DNA of 64,000 nucleotides from an uncultured delta proteobacterium (GTDB lineage Bacteria; Myxococcota_A; Polyangia; Polyangiales; Polyangiaceae): NCBI GenBank assembly GCA_963716725.1, contig CAVQUB010000013.1, positions 160,001 to 224,000 of the forward strand, read 5' to 3'. Shown piece by piece: positions 56,074 to 64,000 of this stretch (position 1 is its first letter; each line of letters starts with the position of its first letter). The notes under the pieces were generated by a model. It saw only the letters and a program-made list of their open reading frames with translations, ran no database searches and was not told where the DNA came from. The position numbers and the translations under genes were made by a program.

Positions 56074-58443
56074 TCACCTCGCCTGAGCTCGCGCTCCCGA
56101 GTGGGCAGCCGCGGTTTGTTGAGCGACATCGCGGATCTGCTGACCGTCGAAGGGCTTGCCGAGCTGAATGTTCGGCACCGCCTCGAGGAACTCGCGGGCC
56201 TGCGTCGTGAACGCTCCGCCGGTCAAGAACACGATGCGTCCGAGGAACTCCGGGTGAGCATCGCGGACGCGTTGATAGACTTCGACGCCGGTCATGTCGG
56301 GCATCATGACGTCCAAAAAGATCACGTCGAAGTTCTCTGGCACCAGGAGTTCCAGGGCCTCCGCGCCGCTCGCAACCCAGCGCACCGCGTGCTGGCGGCC
56401 GAGACAGCGCGCTACTGCGCGCCCGATCAACGGCTCGTCGTCGACCACCAGCACCCGGAGAGCTTGCTGCATGGGCTTGAGCGGCGAAATGGTGGACGCG
56501 CGCACCGGTGGGCGCTGGGTCTGGGCCTCGACCAACTCGACGCGCACGGTCGTTCCCTGGCCGAACTCGCTGAGAATCGAGATGGTGCCACCAAACCCCT
56601 CCACGATATTGCGACATATCGCCAGTCCGAGCCCAACGCCGTGCCCCACCGGCTTCGTCGTGAAGAAGGGATCGAACACGCGATCGATGCTTGCCGGCGC
56701 GATCCCAGTACCCGTGTCCGTGACTTCGACCACGACTCGGCCTTCCTTCGCGTGAAGGTCGATCTCGATCCGGTTGTGCGCCGCGTCGCCTGCCTCGATG
56801 GCATCCGCCGCGTTGGTCAGCAGATTCAGGAACACCTGACCCAGTTGCGCTTCGGACCCCCGGGCTGACGGCACTGGAAAGAAGTTCTTCACCAGCCGTG
56901 CGCGGTGGCGGATCTGGTTTCGTACCATATTGATGGAGGCCGCCAGCACCCGCTCGACGTCCACCGGAGCGTCCAGCGCTTGCTCGGGTCGTGAGAAGGC
57001 CTGCAAGTCACCCACGACTGACTGGACCCGTCGCGTGCCCTGTCGAGCATCCAGCAGCGCCCCGCGGATCTCCCGCAGCTGCTCCCGGACAACCCCGAAC
57101 TCGAATGCGCGCGACGGCTCGCGATCCATTCGGGCGAGCGCCTCTTGTGCATCCCGCAGCGCGACGTCGACGTTGGCGCTGACAAACGCCAAGGGATTCT
57201 TGATCTCGTGCCCCAACGCCGTCGCCAGCAAGCCGGCGCTAGCCATGCGGTCGACCTCCATCATCCGCGCGGTAGTGGCGCGGTGCTCGCTCACGTCGCG
57301 TCCGAGCAACAAGGTCGCAGGTTTGCCGTCGTAAACCACGGAAAGCGAGCGGATTTCCAGGACGGCGTGGCTGCCGTCGGCGCGCAGGACACGCACGTCG
57401 TGGGGAGAATCACCGGGCGCCGCCGCAGCGCCCTCCGCGCCAACGTGCGCCCAATCGTCGTGATGGACCCATGACGCAAGCTCGCGCCCCAGCAGCTGCT
57501 CGGGACGCTCGTAGCCGAGCAGCTTCAGCGCCTCGCTGTTGACCCACTGGCACACGCCGGCCCGATGTACGACCACGCCATGGGGCAGAGCGTCTAGCAA
57601 TCGCCGATAGTCGACCTCTGAGCGACGCAAAGCGTCCTCGGTGCGCTTGCGCTCGGTGTTGTCGGATTGCATCACGATCACGCCCGCGAGCTCCGGCATC
57701 GGGTCGACCTGCAACACGAACCAGCGGTCCTCTCCGTCTATTCGTCGCTCGACCTCGAAGCGGACCGACGAGACGCGAGCCTCGAGCACCAAACGGATCC
57801 CAATCGCGAGCTCGCGCACCCTCTCGTCGTCGCACTGAGCGAGCGCAGGGATCACGCTGGCCTCCTGCCCGACGCGGATGATCGAGAGGGCATCATCCGC
57901 AGACTCGGCCAACGCGCACCAGGAACGGTTCGCCAGGAGCACGTTGCCCTCCGGTCCGAGCACCGCGAATCCGGGGTTGACCGATTGGAAGAGCCCTTCC
58001 AGGAACTTCACCCGGTGTTCCAAGAACTCCGCGAGCCACTTGCGGTCGAGCGCGCGTCGCGCGACGGCCTCGAGCTCGACCGCGTCGGTGGCCGCAGCCG
58101 GCAAGCACTCTTGAGCGCCGTCGCGCAGAGAGTCGAATACGCTGGCAGGCGCCAGGGCCGAGGTGAGCGCGATCAGCGCGGTGCGCGGCGAGCGCTGCCG
58201 AATCGCCGCGAGGCGCGTGGCGCCATCGTCCGTCGAGACGTCGACCGCAACGGCATCGAAGGGCGTCTCCCCCAGGGCGAGTAGAGCTTCGTCGAGCGTC
58301 GTCACCCGGCGGATGCCGGGAACCAGCCCGGCGTTTGCCGGCTCCGCTCCGGAGACCAGCAACAACCGGAGCCGGATCGAGGCGCGCTCGCCCTCGTTTT
58401 TCACCGTCTCGTGAGGCTCCACTGCTTCGGAAGGAACGGCCAC
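56074..58443 (-). CDS. Hybrid histidine kinase, paralog of 47908-50238
   Basis: LGHEIKNPL, QVFLNLLTNAADA, DTGTGI, FFTTKPVGHGVGLGL, VLVVDDE...FLDVMMP...KPF; same domain order. Confidence 0.93.
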   Translation of the reverse strand: MAVPSEAVEPHETVKNEGERASIRLRLLLVSGAEPANAGLVPGIRRVTTLDEALLALGETPFDAVAVDVSTDDGATRLAAIRQRSPRTALIALTSALAPASVFDSLRDGAQECLPAAATDAVELEAVARRALDRKWLAEFLEHRVKFLEGLFQSVNPGFAVLGPEGNVLLANRSWCALAESADDALSIIRVGQEASVIPALAQCDDERVRELAIGIRLVLEARVSSVRFEVERRIDGEDRWFVLQVDPMPELAGVIVMQSDNTERKRTEDALRRSEVDYRRLLDALPHGVVVHRAGVCQWVNSEALKLLGYERPEQLLGRELASWVHHDDWAHVGAEGAAAAPGDSPHDVRVLRADGSHAVLEIRSLSVVYDGKPATLLLGRDVSEHRATTARMMEVDRMASAGLLATALGHEIKNPLAFVSANVDVALRDAQEALARMDREPSRAFEFGVVREQLREIRGALLDARQGTRRVQSVVGDLQAFSRPEQALDAPVDVERVLAASINMVRNQIRHRARLVKNFFPVPSARGSEAQLGQVFLNLLTNAADAIEAGDAAHNRIEIDLHAKEGRVVVEVTDTGTGIAPASIDRVFDPFFTTKPVGHGVGLGLAICRNIVEGFGGTISILSEFGQGTTVRVELVEAQTQRPPVRASTISPLKPMQQALRVLVVDDEPLIGRAVARCLGRQHAVRWVASGAEALELLVPENFDVIFLDVMMPDMTGVEVYQRVRDAHPEFLGRIVFLTGGAFTTQAREFLEAVPNIQLGKPFDGQQIRDVAQQTAAAHSGARAQAR

Positions 58444-58659
58444 AGGTCGGGAAAGTTTAGCTCATGTCGTCTGCTACGGGTACCCCTACACCTTGACCGA
58501 GAGTCGGTGAGCAGAACGCGGCCTTCGCGAGAGTCTGAGGCCGGAGCGGGGGGGAAGGGTGGCGGCGCTCGGCTCACCGACCAGAGCCAGCGCCGGGACG
58601 CGGCGGCTAGGGCGGGAGATCGGGGGCGGGGCTTCTCAATGCACGTGTCGAGGCCAGCG

Positions 58660-58960
58660 AGAAGTGTCCACGTTGGGGCTGCTGCGAGTTGGTGTCGACG
58701 AAGGGCGCCAAGCTGTTCGGTGGTGGCGGTGATGGTGGCCACGAAGATGTCGCGCGTCACGTCACGCCGAAGGCGATTGCGCTGCTCGTCACTGCGCAGA
58801 GTCGCGCCGCGCCAGAGCGAGAGCAGGGTATGGGAGGTCGGCTTCCGCGAAGGCCGTGTCCAGGATCTGATGCGAGGTTTCGACGCCCCTGTGCCGACGC
58901 ACAGCGAGCAGCCCGTGCGCCTCCGTCAACCGAGAGCGCGGCAAGCTCGGAACGCGACGA
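58660..58960 (-). mobile_element. Degenerate ISAs1-family transposase remnant (C-terminal part)
   Basis: Manual translation gives SLPRSRLTEAHGLLAVRRHRGVETSHQILDTAFAEADLP (cf. ISAs1 RxHWxVE..H..LD..F.ED). After a frame jump: TLLSLWRGATLRSDEQR...DIFVATITATTEQLGALRRH. Confidence 0.65.
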
Positions 58961-59192
58961 TTGCGGACTCCAGCCGCTCACCGCGCAGGCCACCCGCTCT
59001 CGCCTTGCGCGCTGCACCCTCGCACTCGCGAGTCCAGTTGGCGTGGCTGCCTTTCCCCGCGCAACGAGTCGGGCGCAAAGGGGGGAAGGGCCGCCCGACA
59101 CGCGTCGTGAAGCCCAACGGGGCGCAGGCCGCGCAGCGGCCGGGGCCGGACGAGGCTCACTGCTCACTCGGCCGAGCGGGGACGGGATGCCC

Positions 59193-60278
59193 CTACGCGA
59201 CCTGGGTGCGGGAATCGACGCGCGCCGCGTCGAGCGCCCGAGCCGCCCGCTCCACCCAGGTTCCCGAGAATTCGCCGGAGATCAGGCCCGCCGCGCCGAT
59301 GGCCAGGGGCGGCAATGCGAGCTGCAGGGCCGCCTCGCGGAGGCGCTCGGCGCGGGCCAGCACCCGGGTCTCGGCCGAGTCGACCACCACCACGGCGAAT
59401 TCCCCGGCAGCGGTACGCGCCACGAAATCGTCGGCTCGCAGGAACGTGCGCACCAACAGATCGCTGACCGCCCGCAAGTTCGTCACGTCACTCGCCACGC
59501 TCTCGACGTCGATCAGCACCAGAAAGGGCCTGCCCACACCAAACGCAGCGAGCTCGGCGGTGCGTTGCACGTGGTCGTCGAAGGCTCCGCGATCGAAGAG
59601 CTCGGTGACGGCGTCTCGACCTGCTTGCCGACGCGCGTCACACAGCTCCTTGCGAAGTAGCTTCACGCTCTCAGCGAGCTCGGAGATTTGCGCGGTTTCG
59701 CGCTCTCGGCGCTTCTCGATGGCTCCCTGAACCATTTCGGCGACGGCGCTCGCTTCGCGGCGGATGGCGTCGGAGTCGTTGCGCTGGAACGCCGTCACTA
59801 GCTCTCCGACGCGTGCGCCGATCTCTCGGTCCGCCGCTCGGTCCTCTGCCACGGCCCGCGCCAGCGTGCCAAGGCAGGCCTTGAGCGCCTCGCGGAAGTT
59901 ACCGGTGGCGTCCGTGACGTACTTGGCTTCGTGCTCGCGGTGATGGCGAAATGCGAGCCGGACCTCCCGGCAGCTTCGACCCCCACCGTCCGCAGCGTCA
60001 GCGGTCCCGCCCACGGTGATCTTCCGGGCGAGTTCGCCGAAGCGATCGCGGGTCGCCGCCCGCGGATGGATGTCAGTGTCGAAGGATCGCTCACCGAAAT
60101 CCGTCAGCACCGCCGCCAAAGTATCGAGCAATTCGTCGAATTCGGAGTCGCCCTCGCGCGCGCTGGGGTCCCCCGCAGCGCTTCGCGACGATCCTGGAGA
60201 GTGCCCGGAGGGGCACGACGCCGGGGACGCCCGAAGGACTGGCTCGCTGTGTTTCTTCGCCTCGGAGAACCAACGCAT
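59193..60278 (-). CDS. Coiled-coil + degenerate GGDEF-domain protein
   Basis: DAVTELFDRGAF, LVLIDVE, RADDFVARTAAGEFAVVV: RxxD retained, GGDEF replaced by AAGEF. Confidence 0.82.
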   Translation of the reverse strand: MRWFSEAKKHSEPVLRASPASCPSGHSPGSSRSAAGDPSAREGDSEFDELLDTLAAVLTDFGERSFDTDIHPRAATRDRFGELARKITVGGTADAADGGGRSCREVRLAFRHHREHEAKYVTDATGNFREALKACLGTLARAVAEDRAADREIGARVGELVTAFQRNDSDAIRREASAVAEMVQGAIEKRRERETAQISELAESVKLLRKELCDARRQAGRDAVTELFDRGAFDDHVQRTAELAAFGVGRPFLVLIDVESVASDVTNLRAVSDLLVRTFLRADDFVARTAAGEFAVVVVDSAETRVLARAERLREAALQLALPPLAIGAAGLISGEFSGTWVERAARALDAARVDSRTQVA

Positions 60279-60310
60279 TAGCTCCCCGAACGACCCGCCC
60301 AGCCAGGACT

Positions 60311-61264
60311 TTAGCGGGCTCGAGTCGTACGACTCCTGCCAGCGCGCTTGGAGGCATAGAGCGCGTCGTCGGCCGCTTTCAGCACGGCGGCGGCGGATCG
60401 GTCACCGTCGAGGGCGGCGATGCCCGCGCTGAAGCGCACGTGGTATAGAGTCTCGTCGCCGCCCAAGGTCAGGGGTGATTTCCCGAGAACTTGTCGCAAT
60501 CGGTCCAGCACTTGCTCGGCGCCCTCGACCCCCGTCCCCCGCAAGAGCACGGCAAATTCTTCGCCCCCAACCCGGAACGCTTGGTCCTCGACCCGCAAGG
60601 TCTGCTTCGTGATCTCGGTGAAGTGCCTCAGTACCTGGTCGCCCGCGTCGTGACCGAAGACGTCGTTCACGGTCTTGAAGTGGTCCAAATCGAGAAGCGC
60701 GAGCGCAGCCGGCAGCTCGTGTCGCTTGGCGTAGGCGTGCTCTGCCACGACGACGCTCTCGAATTGGCGCCGGTTCGACAGCCGCGTCAGCGGATCGCGG
60801 GTCGCGGCAGTTTCGGCGCGTTGCAGCTGCCACGCCCTCTCCAGCGAGGCCGATCGCTGCTGCGCCAGCTGACGCACGCGAGCCACCAGCACCGGGCCGC
60901 TGAAGGGCTTGTGCATGTGGGCGGCAGCCCCCGTCTCGATGCCCCGAAGCACTGCGAGCTCGTCGGTCGCGTGGGCGGTCAGCAAGATGACCGGGATCGA
61001 TGCCGTGCTCGGTTCGGCGCGGAGGGCGTCGAGGACCCCGAAGCCATCCCGATGGGGCATCATCACGTCGAGGATCACGACGGCGACTCGGTGGGCATGA
61101 GCGTTGACGCAGAGCAGCGCCGCTTCCCCGTCGCCCGCTTCGATGACGCTCATGCCCGCGCTCTGTACCCAGCGGCAGACGAGGGTGCGTACGGCGCGAT
61201 CGTCGTCCGCGACCACCACCGTATCCGGGGTCGCCGGCGCGCGGGAGCTGGGCGCCGCATCCAT
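60311..61264 (-). CDS. Response-regulator diguanylate cyclase (REC-GGDEF)
   Basis: VVVADDD, ILDVMMP, KPF; DPLTRLSNRR, DLDHFKTVNDVFGH, RVED I-site, GGEEF. Confidence 0.94.
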   Translation of the reverse strand: MDAAPSSRAPATPDTVVVADDDRAVRTLVCRWVQSAGMSVIEAGDGEAALLCVNAHAHRVAVVILDVMMPHRDGFGVLDALRAEPSTASIPVILLTAHATDELAVLRGIETGAAAHMHKPFSGPVLVARVRQLAQQRSASLERAWQLQRAETAATRDPLTRLSNRRQFESVVVAEHAYAKRHELPAALALLDLDHFKTVNDVFGHDAGDQVLRHFTEITKQTLRVEDQAFRVGGEEFAVLLRGTGVEGAEQVLDRLRQVLGKSPLTLGGDETLYHVRFSAGIAALDGDRSAAAVLKAADDALYASKRAGRSRTTRAR

Positions 61265-61353
61265 TCGAGGACCATCCTAGCCCAGAGGGCGTCAGCCTTC
61301 GAGAAAACCGCCCAACGGGCTTCACGGGCGCCCGGACGCGCCCCGCGTCGGCA

Positions 61354-61722
61354 TCACCCCCGCCCTTGGCGCGCAGCCCGAGCGTCATCGAAGTCGGCTT
61401 TGGCGATGGTGAGATCCTCGAGCAGCTCGAGCAGCACCGCCTCGAGCCCGCGATTGCCAAGGCGCGCCAGTGCTGCGCCAAGCGGGACCGGCTCTCGGGA
61501 CGCTCTCTGCACGCACCGTGCTTGGAGCACCGGGATGGCAGAGATCAGGCGCTCGAGGGTCGCCGTGCCCGCGAGGGGGTCGTCGAGAGCGCGCAACAAG
61601 ACGACCAGATCGGTCGTGAGTCCCAAATGCTCTGGACCTACTCGAGTCGGATCGGAACGCCGCACGGGGCCCTTCAATGCGAATGCCGATCCGCCGGCTG
61701 GCGTCCGGGCGGCTCGCTCCAC
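61354..61722 (-). CDS. Small protein resembling the N-terminal half of an HDOD domain
   Basis: LLRALDDPLAGTATLERLISAIPVLQARCVQRAS...PLGAALARLGNRGL. Start uncertain (possibly TTG ~61677). Confidence 0.55.
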   Translation of the reverse strand: MERAARTPAGGSAFALKGPVRRSDPTRVGPEHLGLTTDLVVLLRALDDPLAGTATLERLISAIPVLQARCVQRASREPVPLGAALARLGNRGLEAVLLELLEDLTIAKADFDDARAARQGRG

Positions 61723-62921
61723 CCACCACTGTTTGCACCGGAACGCGGCTCAACCGCCGGGCCTGGGTGCACGGAAGGACGGTCTCGAACCTCGCACAGC
61801 AGAGATTGGAGCAGCAGCAGTTGAGCGGCCTCCGGGAGGTGGGGTGCGACGCTCGGGAATGGAAGCGTGACTGCGGCCTCCTCGAGGAGCGGTGCGAGCG
61901 TCTCGGGGACGATGGCGAGCGCCGTCGGGGGCGTCGCGCCAGCCCCGGCCGCGCGTGCGGCCTCCGCCCGCGACCTCGACAGGATGAGCGTGCTTCGCGG
62001 TCCGCTCCCCCGGGGCGAGCAGACCTCGGCAAGCACGCTGCGAATGTGCGCGCTGAAGGTCGGCGTCCCATCGACGATCTCGACCGGGGAGCTCGCTGCG
62101 ACGGCGCGGCTCAACCATTCGACCGCCCGGGCGCAGGCGGCTTCGGCCGAGCGCAGTTCGTCGGGTCCGGCCAATCCCAGCTGACTCAGAGCCCGAACGA
62201 GGTGCGGCGATCGCGGCTTGCGAGCGTAAAACGTCATGAAGCTCCCGTAGAACGGCGGGGAGATCTGCGTTGTGTCGAACAGACGCTGCAAGTTCTCGGG
62301 GGTGAAGTGGCGGGTCTCGAAGAAGGGGTAGCGGGCGGACTCAATCACCAGGCCGCGGTCTCGGAGGAAGCGCCGCATGCCATCGGCGTCGAACAGGCTC
62401 ACGTGCGTAGGGTCGTGCAGCAGTCGGAAGTTGGCGCCGAATCGGCGCGCGCAGCCGCCGTCGAAATCAGGAGTACCGAGCACCAGCCAGCCCCCGGGTC
62501 GGAGCACGCGGAGCGCTTCGTCGAGCAACTCCCCCGGTTGTTCCACGTGCTCGATGACGTGGTGCATCACCACTGCGTCAAAGTGTGCGTCCGGGAACTC
62601 GGCGTCCTGGAGTGTGCCGGAATGCACCTCCGCGTGTCCCGCCGCGCAGGCTGCGGCGTACGCCGATATTTCCACTCCGTGGCGCTCCCACCGCGGCTCC
62701 AAGCCCGACAGGAAGAACCCCAACCCGCAACCGACGTCTAGCAGACGGCCGCCCGGAAGGCCGTTCACGAAGGCGAGCTCCTCGCGCACGTCGTCGAGGT
62801 GCTGGGCACGCTCGTCCGCGCGAAAGCGTTCACGACCGTCGGGGTCAACGGTGACGTGCCAGTACGCCCGCTCGTAGTCTGGAGCCTCCGCCAGCGCGCG
62901 GGTCTTGAAGTAGCGAGTCAT
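61674..62921 (-). CDS. Class I SAM-dependent methyltransferase with C-terminal extension
   Basis: LLDVGCGLG, FDAVVMHHVIEHV, LRPGGWLVLGTPD, HDPTHVSLF. Confidence 0.88.
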   Translation of the reverse strand: MTRYFKTRALAEAPDYERAYWHVTVDPDGRERFRADERAQHLDDVREELAFVNGLPGGRLLDVGCGLGFFLSGLEPRWERHGVEISAYAAACAAGHAEVHSGTLQDAEFPDAHFDAVVMHHVIEHVEQPGELLDEALRVLRPGGWLVLGTPDFDGGCARRFGANFRLLHDPTHVSLFDADGMRRFLRDRGLVIESARYPFFETRHFTPENLQRLFDTTQISPPFYGSFMTFYARKPRSPHLVRALSQLGLAGPDELRSAEAACARAVEWLSRAVAASSPVEIVDGTPTFSAHIRSVLAEVCSPRGSGPRSTLILSRSRAEAARAAGAGATPPTALAIVPETLAPLLEEAAVTLPFPSVAPHLPEAAQLLLLQSLLCEVRDRPSVHPGPAVEPRSGANSGGWSEPPGRQPADRHSH

Positions 62922-63124
62922 CGCCCCTCAGGCCACTCGACGTGAATCGGGTACCGCGTGAGCAGCCCCGGGCGCTGTCTCTCGATAGCTGCTTTCCAGC
63001 CTTGCATCACCCGGGCGTTGGCGTGCAAACACCGGACCACGGCGAACGGTGGCCGGATGGTCCGGCGGTGGGCCAGCAGCGTCAGGGCTCTGACGCTCCG
63101 GGGCCCAGGGCACTGGCACAGCAA
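62918..63124 (-). other. Possible short ORF or gene remnant translationally coupled to the methyltransferase
   Basis: Stop overlaps the MTase ATG (ATGA). The C-terminal WKAAIERQRPGLLTRYPIHVEWPEGR looks protein-like; the N-terminal part does not. Confidence 0.3.
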
Positions 63125-63152
63125 CCCCGCCCGCCTGCCCAGCCCGATTCGC

Positions 63153-64000
63153 TCACCAAGAGATGCCCGGGAATGGTGGGGAGGGTCGCGCGAAGAGGAA
63201 GCCCTGCAGCAGATCGCAGCCGATGTCGATCAACGCCTCGCATTCGCGCCGCGTCTCCACGCCCTCGGCCACCACGAGCATGCCCATCTCCCTGCTGAGC
63301 GAGGTCATGCTTCGAACGACCTTCTGCTTGGTCGGGCTCTGGTCAATTCCGCGGATCAGGCTCATGTCCAGCTTGACCACGTCGGGTTCGAGCTGGGCGA
63401 AGGAGGTGAGTCCGGCGTATCCGGCGCCGAGGTCGTCGACGGCAATCCGAAAGCCCATCTCGCGAAGCCGCGCGATCTTGCCCGGCACGTCTACGATCTC
63501 GTCGAGTGCTGCGCGCTCCGTGATCTCGAGCACCACGCGATCTGCGATCCGCGAGAGCGGCGCATCTTCCGAGGTGAGCGTCGGGTCCGCGAGGTCGCGA
63601 ACATGAAGGTTCACGAAGAGCAGCCCGCAGTCGTCGGTCCCTGCCACCGGCTCCGCGGCCCGCGCCCGGATAGCCCTACCGAGCACGTCGAGGGCGTCGA
63701 GCCGCTCGGCGGCATCGAGTACCGCGCCCGGATGCGGCAGGCTGGGCTCACGGCTGCGCAGCAGTGCCTCGTGACCGAATACGATGCGTTTCCGTGGGTC
63801 GACGATGGGGTGATAGGCGATCCAAAGGGTGTCGAGCGCACGCCGAAAGCTGGCCTCGACGCCGGCGCGGTCACCTGGCCCCGCCGCCACTCCGAGGATT
63901 TCCGCGGCCCGAGCCTTCATCCTCGCCATCCGGTGGCAGTGGGCCGCGCTCTCGATGACCTCGACCAGGGAATCGTGACCCACTGGCTTGGTCAGATAGC
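63153..64000 (-). CDS. REC-EAL c-di-GMP phosphodiesterase, 5' end outside the window
   Basis: YLTKPV (end of REC) at the window edge; YHPIV, HEALLR, FVNL, LEITER, DDLGAGYAGL, KLD, AEGVET, QGFL. Confidence 0.92.
   Translation of the reverse strand, partial: YLTKPVGHDSLVEVIESAAHCHRMARMKARAAEILGVAAGPGDRAGVEASFRRALDTLWIAYHPIVDPRKRIVFGHEALLRSREPSLPHPGAVLDAAERLDALDVLGRAIRARAAEPVAGTDDCGLLFVNLHVRDLADPTLTSEDAPLSRIADRVVLEITERAALDEIVDVPGKIARLREMGFRIAVDDLGAGYAGLTSFAQLEPDVVKLDMSLIRGIDQSPTKQKVVRSMTSLSREMGMLVVAEGVETRRECEALIDIGCDLLQGFLFARPSPPFPGISW

Overview
A GC-rich bacterial window whose gene content fits a myxobacterium (Myxococcota, probably Polyangiales). That placement is inferred from the many Hanks-type Ser/Thr kinases, TPR/PEGA proteins, Cys-rich Gly-linker lipoproteins and a TIGR02266-like PilZ protein. 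Housekeeping genes include hemL, ppdK, glyS (frameshifted), yacG (frameshifted), hslO, thiC with a TPP riboswitch, and a SMUG1-type uracil-DNA glycosylase. The last ~16 kb (47.9-64 kb) is a two-component/c-di-GMP signalling island containing an ISAs1-like transposase relic. Four observations stand out. (1) A selenoprotein missed by the ORF track: an AhpE-like peroxiredoxin with TGA at the peroxidatic position and a downstream SECIS-like hairpin, fused to a CGFS glutaredoxin-like domain (9656-10408). (2) An orphan 99-aa His-Xaa-Ser (HGS x14) peptide gene resembling radical-SAM RiPP precursors, with no maturases in the window (15737-16036). (3) A kinase + TPR/PEGA module that occurs twice, once followed by four tandem paralogous Cys-rich surface lipoproteins (26045-37901). 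(4) A Sel1-repeat lipoprotein whose N-terminal domain carries a MACPF-like motif. Several single-base indels, including in essential glyS, suggest assembly errors, so pseudogene calls are tentative. All calls come from reading the sequence by eye; no searches were run.
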